Assembly (NCBI GenBank): GCA_050253415.1
Contig: JBFWJC010000002.1
Coordinates: 741,567-805,566, forward strand
DNA length: 64,000 nucleotides
Source: Pedobacter sp.
GTDB taxonomy: Bacteria; Desulfobacterota; Desulfuromonadia; Desulfuromonadales; Syntrophotaleaceae
Direction: 5' to 3'
Both the position numbers and the translations under genes were made by a program. Positions 8,839 to 17,692 of this stretch are shown piece after piece. Position 1 is the first letter of the stretch. Each line of letters starts with the position of its first letter. The notes beneath the pieces are model-generated. The model was not told the DNA's origin, searched no databases, and saw only the letters and a program-made list of their open reading frames with translations.

Positions 8839-8868
8839 TTGACCATAAAAAACTTAGAGTGATATAGT
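8839..8868 (+). promoter_or_regulatory. Putative sigma-70 promoter for the sRNA candidate
   Basis: TTGACC (8839-8844), 18 nt, then TATAGT (8863-8868) with extended -10 TG at 8860-8861; AT-rich upstream. Confidence 0.55.
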
Positions 8869-8873
8869 GCTAA

Positions 8874-9033
8874 ACACTAAATGTGCGACGGGTATTTGTG
8901 GGTCGCAGATCGAGTGTTTGACAGTCTCCCCGGCCACTATTCCGAATGTGGCTTTTTTCTCCTCCTCCTGATATCTGGTCGTTGCTTACGGCCCCCTGGC
9001 CAGCGCGCTTATCAGCGGCGCTGGCTTTTTTTT
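8874..9033 (+). ncRNA. Candidate ~160-nt small RNA with CU-rich anti-SD tract
   Basis: Bounded by a promoter and an intrinsic terminator; three internal hairpins; single-stranded CTCCTCCTCCT at 8959-8969. Confidence 0.5.
8999..9033 (+). terminator. Intrinsic terminator
   Basis: GCCAGCGC (8999-9006) / GCGCTGGC (9018-9025) stem followed by 8 T. Confidence 0.75.
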
Positions 9034-9299
9034 GTTGAGATCCTAAAAGACATGTTCTCTCATCGGGTCACATTGACTTTCCCTAAGTAATATAATTTAT
9101 TGTTTCAACGTGGGCACGTTTGTTATAGTGCCCCGGCATTCGGTCTCAGGCAATTATGCCCAAGTCTGGAACTGGTGCGTTGTTTCACGTTTCGTGCATT
9201 GTGTTTAGCGCATCGTGCCGGATGCGTTAGGTTTGACATCAGTCATGCAAACTTTGCGATTCGGCAGTTTAACTCAGTTATTACCATAGGGAGTATGCC

Positions 9300-10106
9300 A
9301 TGGCCGGCAGACATGAGGTGCAGAACAAGTTACAGGGTGAAACCTTGGGACGTAAAGGTTTGATGAAAAAACATGATCATATTCAGCCGATGCGTTTGGT
9401 TCCGGATTTACAGGTGGTGAAGATCGGAGGGCATGGCACCATCGATTTTGGGCGTGAGGTTGTCATGCCGCTGCTTGAGGAGATTGGCGAACAGGTTAAG
9501 AACCATAAAATGCTGGTGGTAACCGGCGGAGGGGTCAGGGTGCGCCACATTCTCGATGTGGGCATTGACCTCGGTATGCCTACGGGAGTGCTTGCGAAAC
9601 TGGCTAGCAAAATTAGTGAACAGAATGCGGAAATGGTTGCGTTGCTTCTTTCAAAATGGGGTGGAACGCATATCGACAGCGGCGACATTCTTGAACTGCC
9701 TATGTTGCTTAAGCTGGGGTTCTTGCCTGTAACCCATGGGACTCCTCCGTATGGACTGTTTGAACATCCGCCGGAGTTCGGGTTGATACCTCCTCATCGC
9801 ACCGATACGGGGGCCTTTTTGATGGCAGAAGTTCTCGGAGCCAAAAGTTGCATCCTGGTGAAAAACGTGGATGGACTTTACACTGAAAATCCTACGGTCA
9901 ATCCGGATGCCGAATTGATCGAAGACATAACCGTGGATGAGTTAATCGCGATGGATATGGAGGATATGGTAATGGAAAGCAAATTGCTGTATCTGCTTAA
10001 GGATGCAAACAGTCTCAAAGAATTGCGAATCGTCAATGGCCACAAGCGTGGAAATGTGGAAAAAGCACTGCGTGGAGAAAAGGTCGGCACGATCATCCGT
10101 GTCTAG
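9300..10106 (+). CDS. Molybdenum storage protein (MosA/MosB)-like member of the amino-acid/uridylate kinase fold
   Basis: LQVVKIGG, TGGGVRVRH, LGMPTGVLA, QNA, PPY, IPPHRTDTGAFL, KNVDGLYTENP and VNG...ALRGEKVGTII match my recollection of the Azotobacter MoSto subunits; AGGGAG RBS. Confidence 0.75.
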   Translation: MAGRHEVQNKLQGETLGRKGLMKKHDHIQPMRLVPDLQVVKIGGHGTIDFGREVVMPLLEEIGEQVKNHKMLVVTGGGVRVRHILDVGIDLGMPTGVLAKLASKISEQNAEMVALLLSKWGGTHIDSGDILELPMLLKLGFLPVTHGTPPYGLFEHPPEFGLIPPHRTDTGAFLMAEVLGAKSCILVKNVDGLYTENPTVNPDAELIEDITVDELIAMDMEDMVMESKLLYLLKDANSLKELRIVNGHKRGNVEKALRGEKVGTIIRV

Positions 10107-10205
10107 GTATGATTTGTGTTGAAGCTCCTGCTGCCTCATGGTATAGCTCAAACATCATGTATCTACCGCTACTGAAGAGCGGTATACCCTAGACAGGAGG
10201 CAACA

Positions 10206-10415
10206 ATGAGTGGAAAGATTTTTTATCGTGAGCGGCGTAAGGTCGTCGACGGAGGCAAGCAGCCGCGCTATGTGCTGGTAGCTGTGGCGGATGTCAATCT
10301 GAAGGTATTCGGAAAGCACCTGCGGATGAGTGAAATGAAAGCCATTGCTGAAGCCACCGGTGCCGAGTTGGTGCCACTGCCGCGCGGCAGCAAGCACGCG
10401 GAAGAAGAAGAATAA
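10206..10415 (+). CDS. Small hypothetical protein (69 aa)
   Basis: AGGAGG RBS, ATG start, followed by a strong terminator; protein-like composition. Confidence 0.7.
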   Translation: MSGKIFYRERRKVVDGGKQPRYVLVAVADVNLKVFGKHLRMSEMKAIAEATGAELVPLPRGSKHAEEEE

Positions 10416-10435
10416 ACAAGCCGTTTGTCAGCTAT

Positions 10436-10477
10436 AAAAAAACAGCCTCCGCCTTTATGGGCGGAGGCTGTTTTTTT
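10436..10477. terminator. Bidirectional intrinsic terminator
   Basis: A7-CAGCCTCCGCC / GGCGGAGGCTG-T7 between convergent genes. Confidence 0.85.
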
Positions 10478-10513
10478 ATGGCGAAGACCATGACCTTTGT
10501 TCTCTGGAGAGGT

Positions 10514-12073
10514 TTAATCCCAGGAATCGATTTTCATGGTGCCGTGGGTGGCAAGGTTTTGCTGCATGCGGAATACCCGGTCCAGCAGGTGCGGTTCGTG
10601 GCCGACTCCGCGGGAGAGGCAGTCTTGGCTGGCGCGGTCGAAATAATCTTGCAGCAGAGGGCGATAATCCGGATGAGCGCACTTGTCGATGATCAGTTGT
10701 GCGCGATCGCGGGGGCACAACCCCCTCAAGTCGGCCAAGCCCTGTTCGGTGACCAGGACGTCGAGGTCGTGCTCCGTATGGTCGACATGGGGGACCATCG
10801 GTACTACACAGGTGATGCCGGTGGGGTCGGTTTTGGTGGGGCGGACCGATGGGGAGTGCATGATCGACAAAAAGGCGTTGCGCAGAAAGTCGCCGGAGCC
10901 GCCGATGCCGTTGATCATACGCGTGCCCCCTACCAGGGTTGAGTTAGCATGTGCATACATGTCGAATTCCACCGGGGTGTTCATGGCGATTACGCCGAGG
11001 CGTCGGATCATCTCGGGGTTGTTGGCCAGTTGCTGCGGGCGCAACACGATCTTGCGCGTGTATTCGTCCCATTTGTTGTAAAACCGTTCAAAGCCATTGG
11101 CAGAGAAAGACAGGGACGTGGCTGAGGCATAATCCAGCTTTCCCGAGTCGAAAAAGTCGAGCATAGTATCTTGCAACACTTCGGTATAAACCGTCAGATT
11201 GCTGAAAGGACCTTTGACCAGGTCACCGACCACGGCATTGGCAATATTGCCGACCCCCGATTGCAAAGGCAACAAGTTAGCCGGAAGTCGTCCAGCCTTG
11301 ACCTCGGCCTGGAAGAAATCGAGAATATGATCGGCAATTTTCTGGGAGATGGCATCTGTTGCTCCCAGCGAGCGGCCTTTGTCAGGTTCCCGTGATTCGA
11401 CGATGGCGATGATCTTTGACGTGTCGCAGGGTACATAGGTGGTGCCGATGCGGTCGCCGACCCGGCTGATCAGGTAGGGCTGGCGATGGGGTGGCATTTC
11501 CGGAAGCACGATATCATGCAGGCCCTCGTAGGAGGGGATGGAGGTGTTCAGCTCGATGATAAGATGCTCAGCGGTTTGGATAATCTCAGGAGCGATGCCT
11601 ACAGATCCGGCCAGGATAATGTGGCCCTCCTCGGTAATGGCACTTGCTTCAATGATGCCGAGATCCAGTTTGCCCCCGAGGTCCTTGGTATAAAATCCGT
11701 AACCCAGATCCTGGGCGAACATGGAAAGGTGCTTGTCGTGCATGCGAATGCGACCGGAGTTGATCCCCTTCTGGATATTCTTGCCGCTCTGGTAAGGCCA
11801 GCGCCTGGCTATCATATCGAGGGAAGCCCAGCGGTCTTCCGTTTCGGTTCCGACGGAAGCGCCGATGAGCAGGTTGAAGCGCATCTTACCCTGAAGATTG
11901 TATTTTTCCACATAATCAGCCAGTGCTTTGGGAATGGCTTTGGGGTATCCGACGGGGGTGAATCCGGACCAGCCCAGGTTCATACCGTCTTTGAAGTGGG
12001 GAAGAACATCTTCAACGGACCGGATACGGTCCAATAGTTGTGGGCAGGCTATGCGGTCATGCAGGGTAGACAT
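10514..12073 (-). CDS. ato: Succinyl-CoA:acetate CoA-transferase (acetyl-CoA hydrolase/transferase family)
   Basis: SGFTPVGYPK, LQSGVGNIANAV, YTEVLQD, INGIGGSGDF, VTEQGLADLRG; ATG 12073 behind GAGGAG. Confidence 0.88.
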   Translation of the reverse strand: MSTLHDRIACPQLLDRIRSVEDVLPHFKDGMNLGWSGFTPVGYPKAIPKALADYVEKYNLQGKMRFNLLIGASVGTETEDRWASLDMIARRWPYQSGKNIQKGINSGRIRMHDKHLSMFAQDLGYGFYTKDLGGKLDLGIIEASAITEEGHIILAGSVGIAPEIIQTAEHLIIELNTSIPSYEGLHDIVLPEMPPHRQPYLISRVGDRIGTTYVPCDTSKIIAIVESREPDKGRSLGATDAISQKIADHILDFFQAEVKAGRLPANLLPLQSGVGNIANAVVGDLVKGPFSNLTVYTEVLQDTMLDFFDSGKLDYASATSLSFSANGFERFYNKWDEYTRKIVLRPQQLANNPEMIRRLGVIAMNTPVEFDMYAHANSTLVGGTRMINGIGGSGDFLRNAFLSIMHSPSVRPTKTDPTGITCVVPMVPHVDHTEHDLDVLVTEQGLADLRGLCPRDRAQLIIDKCAHPDYRPLLQDYFDRASQDCLSRGVGHEPHLLDRVFRMQQNLATHGTMKIDSWD

Positions 12074-12311
12074 GGTTGAACTCCTCGGTCTGTTGCTTCG
12101 GGCCGGGAACTCGCGATCACATGCGCAATGACGCACGGGGTGACTTGTTCTTCAGGTAATCTGCTAAACAGAAGGCCGAAGCGGCAACGGACCGGCTTGA
12201 TATGGCCGGTCCGTTGCATTATGTCAGGTATATACAACGTCGTTGCGATTTCAGTGGTAGGCGGCTGTTGGTCACAGGGCGTGACAGCACCACGGCGAAG
12301 TTCGCGTTATA

Positions 12312-13049
12312 TCAGAATTCCTCACGCAGCAGTGTCTTGGCTTTTGCGGCGAGAGGGCTGCGTGGAAAGTCGGCAATCAGGTTCTCAAAAGTAGCCACAG
12401 CCAGGTTGGGGTGGCCGTTTTTAAGGAAAGTATTACCCAGATAGAAGTATGCCTGATCTTTTTCCGGGCTATCGGGAAATTTTTGCAGCAACTCGGAGAG
12501 CCGGTCGATAGCGGCCTTGTGCTCGTCCATTTTGTAATAGAAGATGCCGACATACAATTCGTTGGCGGCAAGGTGGTTACGGCAGGCACGAATTCTGTCG
12601 GGAGCGACGCTGCTCTCGGGTGCATTGGGGTAAAGTTTAACCAGGCTTTCAAATGTCACCAGCGCGTTGCGGGTTGCTGTCTGGTCCCGGTCGATGGCAA
12701 GGATCTGATTGAAATAGGATTCGCCGAGTTGGGACAGGACCCTTGCAGACTGGGGTGTGCCCGGATGACGCTTCAGGAAATCCTCGTAACCGGCAGCGGC
12801 CTCGACATACTCTTTATCGGCAAAGTGTGCATCGGCGATGCGCAGTTCCGCGCGTCTGTTCAATTCTGCTGTTTCGTAGATCTCCATGGCCTTTTCGTAC
12901 GCCTTGATGGCATCCTGGTAGTCTTCGTTGGCAAACGCCATCTCCGCTTTGTTGTAATACTCCTCGGCAGTTTGAGGCTCCACGGAACCGGTGGTCGAAC
13001 AGGCGGTAAGTATGCACAAAACGGATAAAGTGGCAAAAATAGCTTTCAT
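12312..13049 (-). CDS. bamD: Outer membrane protein assembly lipoprotein BamD (TPR)
   Basis: Lipobox LTAC; TPR helices; DRDQT, LAANELYVGIFY motifs; start at MKAIF. Confidence 0.85.
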   Translation of the reverse strand: MKAIFATLSVLCILTACSTTGSVEPQTAEEYYNKAEMAFANEDYQDAIKAYEKAMEIYETAELNRRAELRIADAHFADKEYVEAAAGYEDFLKRHPGTPQSARVLSQLGESYFNQILAIDRDQTATRNALVTFESLVKLYPNAPESSVAPDRIRACRNHLAANELYVGIFYYKMDEHKAAIDRLSELLQKFPDSPEKDQAYFYLGNTFLKNGHPNLAVATFENLIADFPRSPLAAKAKTLLREEF

Positions 13050-13313
13050 GAAGTGTCTTCCCCGCCTTCTATGGAGTGTCATCGGATTCAGTTCAAAATC
13101 GTCAATCGCGTATCGCACGGAATAAGAAAATATAGCGATGGAATTTAGTCGGTTTGATTGGTCACCGCCCCGGGTTCCGTGAAAGCCGGGGCGATAAGAT
13201 GTTTTCGAGAGGAACCTTGCTCAAGCAACAAGCCCGCTAAAGGTAAGGGATTTTCCCTGAATTGTCAATCGTCAGCACGCATGCAAACGACCACTCCTGA
13301 ACCTGATAGGCCT

Positions 13314-14183
13314 TTAGTTGGTCAGCAGGGCGGGGGAGTTGGAGGTCAGCGCTTTGCGAAGTTTCTCCAAGGCATTTTTTTCCAACTGACGGATTCGCTC
13401 GCGACTGATACCGTAGTCGTCCGCAAGGGCCTGCAGGGTGCAGGGCTCGTCGCTAAGAATGCGATCCTCGACAATACGGCGTTCTCGTTCGTTCAGGTGG
13501 CACATGGCATCGTGGACGCGTGATGCCTTTAATTCTTTTTCCTGGTTGTTGATCAACAGATCTTCCTGGTTCTCACGTTCGTCAGGTAGGGAGTCGAGCA
13601 GGCTGAATCCCTCCCCTTCGATAAGGGTGGCATCCAGTGATGTGTCGCGACCCGCCATGCGTAGCGACATGTCTTCAACCTCTTTGTCTCTGACATTGAG
13701 TTCCAGTGCGATAGCCTGGGTGTCGTCGCCGCCGGTCAGGCGCTGTATGGTTTTTCGGGCCTGGTTGAGTTTGAAAAAGAGTTTTTTCTGGGCCTGGGTG
13801 GTCCCAATTTTAACCAGCGACCAGTTGCGAATAATGAAATTATGCATGTAGGCCCGAATCCACCAGACAGCATAGGTGATGAAACGCAAACCCCGTTCAG
13901 GATCAAATTTTTTCAATGCTTTCATCAGGCCGATATTGCCCTCTTGGATAAGGTCGAGGAGTTTCAGGCCATAGCCTCGGTATTCGTGGGCAATTTTGAC
14001 AACAAAGCGCAGGTTGGCGCAAATCAGACGCTGAGCTGCGTCAAGGTTGCCATGGACATGGTAGGCGTGTGACAATCGATATTCTTCTTCCTTGGACAGG
14101 ACTTCAAAGTCCCGGATCTGGGCAATGTAAAGTGACAGGCTGTCCGAAAGGACCGGTATTGGCAAGTTGCTCATGCGGGCCAT
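13314..14183 (-). CDS. rpoH: Heat-shock sigma factor RpoH (sigma-32)
   Basis: DLIQEGNIGLMKA, YAVWWIRA, RpoH box QKKLFFKL, ISRERIRQLE. Confidence 0.92.
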   Translation of the reverse strand: MARMSNLPIPVLSDSLSLYIAQIRDFEVLSKEEEYRLSHAYHVHGNLDAAQRLICANLRFVVKIAHEYRGYGLKLLDLIQEGNIGLMKALKKFDPERGLRFITYAVWWIRAYMHNFIIRNWSLVKIGTTQAQKKLFFKLNQARKTIQRLTGGDDTQAIALELNVRDKEVEDMSLRMAGRDTSLDATLIEGEGFSLLDSLPDERENQEDLLINNQEKELKASRVHDAMCHLNERERRIVEDRILSDEPCTLQALADDYGISRERIRQLEKNALEKLRKALTSNSPALLTN

Positions 14184-14205
14184 CTCCTTTGGGTCAAGTC
14201 AAGTT

Positions 14206-14232
14206 TTAGCACTCTATGGTGCCGAGTGCTAA
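14206..14232. promoter_or_regulatory. CIRCE element (HrcA operator) upstream of rpoH
   Basis: Exact TTAGCACTC-N9-GAGTGCTAA. Confidence 0.95.
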
Positions 14233-14401
14233 ATAGTTATATCAAATCTTGACGGTCCGTTCAACCCCGAATGGAGGCTGCAGCTTCACCTGCGTCGAGT
14301 TGACAGACGCGGGAGGAGGGCACATAATGGGCGACATTCATTCCCGTCTTTAGGCAACCCGACCTGCTTGTTTGCCTTCCCACCGACCAAAGGGGTTTTT
14401 C

Positions 14402-16192
14402 ATGCTGCCTACTCCCCTCGATACCCTTAGACGGGTTTTCGGGTTTCAATCCTTTCGTCCCTTTCAGGAAGAAATCGTCAATCGCCTTATTGCAGGGCGG
14501 GACGCTTTTGTTCTGATGCCCACCGGAGGAGGCAAGTCGCTTTGCTTTCAACTGCCGGCACTTCAGCGTAAAGGCCTCGGCATCGTGGTGTCGCCTCTGA
14601 TTTCGTTGATGAAGGACCAGGTCGATGCATTGCGAACAAACGGGGTCAGAGCTGCCTACTATAATTCCTCCCTGGGTCAGAAGGAAGCGCGCCAAGTGCT
14701 GGCCGACCTGCATGCCGGGCGTCTTGATTTGCTGTATATTGCCCCTGAACGACTTTTAAGTGCCGGGTTTCTTGAGCGTTTGCAAGACATCGATATTGCG
14801 CTGCTTGCCATAGACGAGGCCCATTGCATTTCTCAATGGGGGCATGATTTCCGCCCTGAATATACCCAACTTGGCTCGCTTCGAAAGAGTTTTCCCGGAA
14901 CGCCGATGGTGGCGTTAACCGCTACCGCCGATGACCAGACCCGCAAAGATATTCTGGAGAGACTCGATCTTAAGCTGGACGATTGTTTCATCACCAGCTT
15001 CGATCGTCCGAATATCCGCTATACGGTTTTGGAAAAGCATCAGCCAGCCAGGCAGCTTATGACTTTTCTAGGCAGTCGCGGCAGCGAGGCGGGTATCGTC
15101 TACGCCCTGAGCCGCAAACGTGTCGAGGAAGTGGCCCGCCGACTGTGCGATGCAGGACTGTCTGCTGCTCCTTATCATGCCGGCCTCAGTGATAAGGAAC
15201 GGCAGCGTGTGCAGGATTTGTTTTTACGGGATGAACTGCAAATCGTGGTAGCGACGGTGGCCTTCGGCATGGGCATCGACAAATCCAATGTGCGGTTTGT
15301 GGTGCACTACGACCTGCCGAAAAATATCGAGAGCTATTACCAGGAAACCGGCAGAGCCGGTCGTGACGGACTTCCCGCAGAAGCTCTGTTGCTTTTCGGC
15401 TACGGCGATATTGCCTTGTGTCGGGGACTGATCGAAAAGGGTAACAACGAACAGCAAAACCGTATCGAATTGCATAAACTCAACGCCATGGCGTCCTTTG
15501 CCGAGGCTTTGATCTGCAGGCGCCGCGTGTTGTTGGGATACTTCGGAGAGACCGCAACGGAAGATTGCGGTAACTGCGATATCTGCCTGCAACCGCCGGA
15601 ATCCTACGATGCGACCGAGGATGCACGCAAAGCTCTGTCCTGTGTCTTTCGGGTAGGACAGCGTTTTGGTGCCGGCCATGTCATCGATGTGCTGCGAGGC
15701 ACCCGCAATGATCGTATCGTCCGATTGAAGCACGATAGTCTCACCACTTACGGCATTGGTGGCGACGTCAGCCGGGACGCCTGGGGCAGCCTTTTGCGGC
15801 AACTGGTGCACCACGGTTATCTTTATCTGGATGTCGGAAACTATTCGGTGCTGCGACTGACCGAAAAGGCGCGGCCTTTGCTGCGGGGCGAAGAGACACT
15901 GCGGTTGGCCAAACCGCGCGTCAAGATGAAGGTTACGAAAAAAATATCTTCCCGACGACATACTGACTTGTCGTATGATCCTGCTCTGTTTGAAGGGTTG
16001 CGAGAGCTTCGCAAGCGACTTGCTGAGCGGGACCAGGTGCCTCCTTTTGTGGTCTTCTCCGATGCGACCCTGGCGGAGATGGCGGCACGGCGACCACGAG
16101 ACAGCGAAAGTTTCCTCGCCATCAATGGTGTCGGACAGCGCAAGTTGGAACGTTACGGTGAAGATTTCCTGGCATTGTTGATTGATTACTGA
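14402..16192 (+). CDS. recQ: ATP-dependent DNA helicase RecQ
   Basis: [38 protein letters not shown] Cys cluster, C-terminal HRDC. Confidence 0.96.
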   Translation: MLPTPLDTLRRVFGFQSFRPFQEEIVNRLIAGRDAFVLMPTGGGKSLCFQLPALQRKGLGIVVSPLISLMKDQVDALRTNGVRAAYYNSSLGQKEARQVLADLHAGRLDLLYIAPERLLSAGFLERLQDIDIALLAIDEAHCISQWGHDFRPEYTQLGSLRKSFPGTPMVALTATADDQTRKDILERLDLKLDDCFITSFDRPNIRYTVLEKHQPARQLMTFLGSRGSEAGIVYALSRKRVEEVARRLCDAGLSAAPYHAGLSDKERQRVQDLFLRDELQIVVATVAFGMGIDKSNVRFVVHYDLPKNIESYYQETGRAGRDGLPAEALLLFGYGDIALCRGLIEKGNNEQQNRIELHKLNAMASFAEALICRRRVLLGYFGETATEDCGNCDICLQPPESYDATEDARKALSCVFRVGQRFGAGHVIDVLRGTRNDRIVRLKHDSLTTYGIGGDVSRDAWGSLLRQLVHHGYLYLDVGNYSVLRLTEKARPLLRGEETLRLAKPRVKMKVTKKISSRRHTDLSYDPALFEGLRELRKRLAERDQVPPFVVFSDATLAEMAARRPRDSESFLAINGVGQRKLERYGEDFLALLIDY

Positions 16193-16227
16193 AGGAGCGG
16201 AGGGAGGTTAAAACCCTTCTTTTTTAC

Positions 16228-16530
16228 CACGAAGATCGCGAAGGACACGAAGAAGCCATATATTAAAGTTTCGCAGCGGAAATTTGCTTGTTGATCCAAA
16301 AAGAGGTGGTGACACAAACTTTTATCTCCTGCTCCCTTCGTGATCTTCGAGTCCTTATATGTTGATGATCATTGTCCTCTGCAATCTTGTTTTTACTGGG
16401 ATATGCAAGATGATCAGGATAAACCCCTAAACCCAAGGCCGTTGGTTTTCATCCTGTCTATCCTGGATATCCCTGTTCGTAGTGGTTTTATCGTTATCGG
16501 AATTTCTTCATGTCCTTCGCAATCTTCGTG
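16228..16530. repeat. Nested palindromic element built of 9-nt-period units
   Basis: 27-bp arms at 16228-16254 and 16504-16530 are inverted copies (25/27). A second right arm lies at 16336-16361, and an inner (CAGGAT)-type inverted pair at 16395-16423 / 16448-16476. Confidence 0.75.
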
Positions 16531-16587
16531 CTGGGATGAATGCACTTATTGAGTTGATGCGGATTTAGAAAATGAGGTGAGGCAGAA

Positions 16588-17418
16588 ATGAAGGTTGTTT
16601 CTTTTAATGTGAATGGCATTCGAGCCCGCCTGCATCAGTTACAGGCTGTTATCGAGAACCATGCACCGGCAATTATCGGTTTGCAGGAGACCAAGGCCAC
16701 GGATGCGGATTTCCCTGTGGCAGCAATTCAGGAAATGGGCTACCACGTGGAATACCATGGCCAGAAAAGCCATTACGGGGTGGCTCTTTTGTCGCGGCAA
16801 CCCCCGAAACAGGTAATCAAGGGGTTGCCAGGAGACGAAAAAGATGCCCAACGGCGTCTGATCGGCGCTGCCTATGAAACTGTGAATGATGGGCTTTTCT
16901 GGGTGTTTAATGGCTATTTTCCCCAGGGTGAATCGCGGCAGCATGCCGTCAAGTTTCCGGGCAAGGAGCGGTTTTACCGTGAACTCAGCGCATTCCTGGA
17001 GGAACGTTTCAGCGCGGAGGATGCGTTGATTGTGATGGGCGATGCCAATGTGGCACCAAGGGATGAGGATATCGGTATTGGTGAAGACAATGCCAGGCGT
17101 TGGCTGCGCACCGGCAAATGCAGTTTCCTTCCTGAAGAACGGGCATGGCTGGAGCGCTTGCTCGACTGGGGGCTGTTCGATACATTTAGGCATTGCCATA
17201 CCGATGCGGCAGATCTGTACAGCTGGTTCGATTACCGTAGTCGCGGTTTTGAAAGAGAACCCCGTCGTGGATTGCGCATCGATCTGATACTTGCCAGCTC
17301 TATCCTGGGGAGCCGATGCATTGATGCCGGTATCGATTACGAAGTGCGGGGCATGGAAAAACCCTCCGACCATTGTCCTGTCTGGACCGAGGTCGATGTA
17401 TGTCTTGCGGCCAAGTAA
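16588..17418 (+). CDS. xthA: Exodeoxyribonuclease III
   Basis: SFNVNGIRAR, GLQETK, NGYFPQGE, GLRIDLIL, PSDHCPV. Confidence 0.95.
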   Translation: MKVVSFNVNGIRARLHQLQAVIENHAPAIIGLQETKATDADFPVAAIQEMGYHVEYHGQKSHYGVALLSRQPPKQVIKGLPGDEKDAQRRLIGAAYETVNDGLFWVFNGYFPQGESRQHAVKFPGKERFYRELSAFLEERFSAEDALIVMGDANVAPRDEDIGIGEDNARRWLRTGKCSFLPEERAWLERLLDWGLFDTFRHCHTDAADLYSWFDYRSRGFEREPRRGLRIDLILASSILGSRCIDAGIDYEVRGMEKPSDHCPVWTEVDVCLAAK

Positions 17419-17546
17419 CTGAAATGACATGAGCGCTCGAAAGTGCCATGAATGTAAGCAAAATATCTATGGATGTGTTTGTTTGATATGGATGGTAACA
17501 ATGTTATGAACCTGTAAGATTTTTTGTTGTATACGGAACTATGGCG

Positions 17547-17576
17547 TTGACAAAGCTGTAGACGCTGTTTTATACC
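17547..17576 (+). promoter_or_regulatory. Possible sigma-70 promoter of ompW
   Basis: TTGACA-N18-TATACC. Confidence 0.35.
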
Positions 17577-17692
17577 ATCAATGTTATTCGCTGGCAGGAG
17601 GGGGTAAATAACACTGTTAATTAAAAATTGAATTTTGGGAACGGCGTGGTGTCGTTCTTTTTTTTGGGAAATATTCCAATTGGAGGTAAGTC

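Noticed and set aside
8545..8846. ORFs 8545..8832 (+) and 8631..8846 (-) in the AT-rich region
   Set aside because: No RBS, and the F/I/L/K-rich composition follows from the AT bias; no recognisable domain.
8854..8873. CIRCE-like half site AGTGCTAA
   Set aside because: The left arm and spacing do not match TTAGCACTC-N9-GAGTGCTAA.
8881..9090. 69-aa ORF over the sRNA candidate
   Set aside because: No RBS, and it runs through the intrinsic terminator.
9300..10106. Call as uridylate kinase pyrH
   Set aside because: Lacks the PyrH KLSGE/GGGN motifs and the tsf-frr context; motifs fit MoSto better.
12212..12239. ModE-box-like CGTTG...TATATACAACG
   Set aside because: Left half poor, overlaps a hairpin arm, and the adjacent gene is unrelated to molybdenum.
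13166..13193. Hairpin between rpoH and bamD as a terminator
   Set aside because: 8-bp GC stem but no U-tract on either strand; function unsupported.
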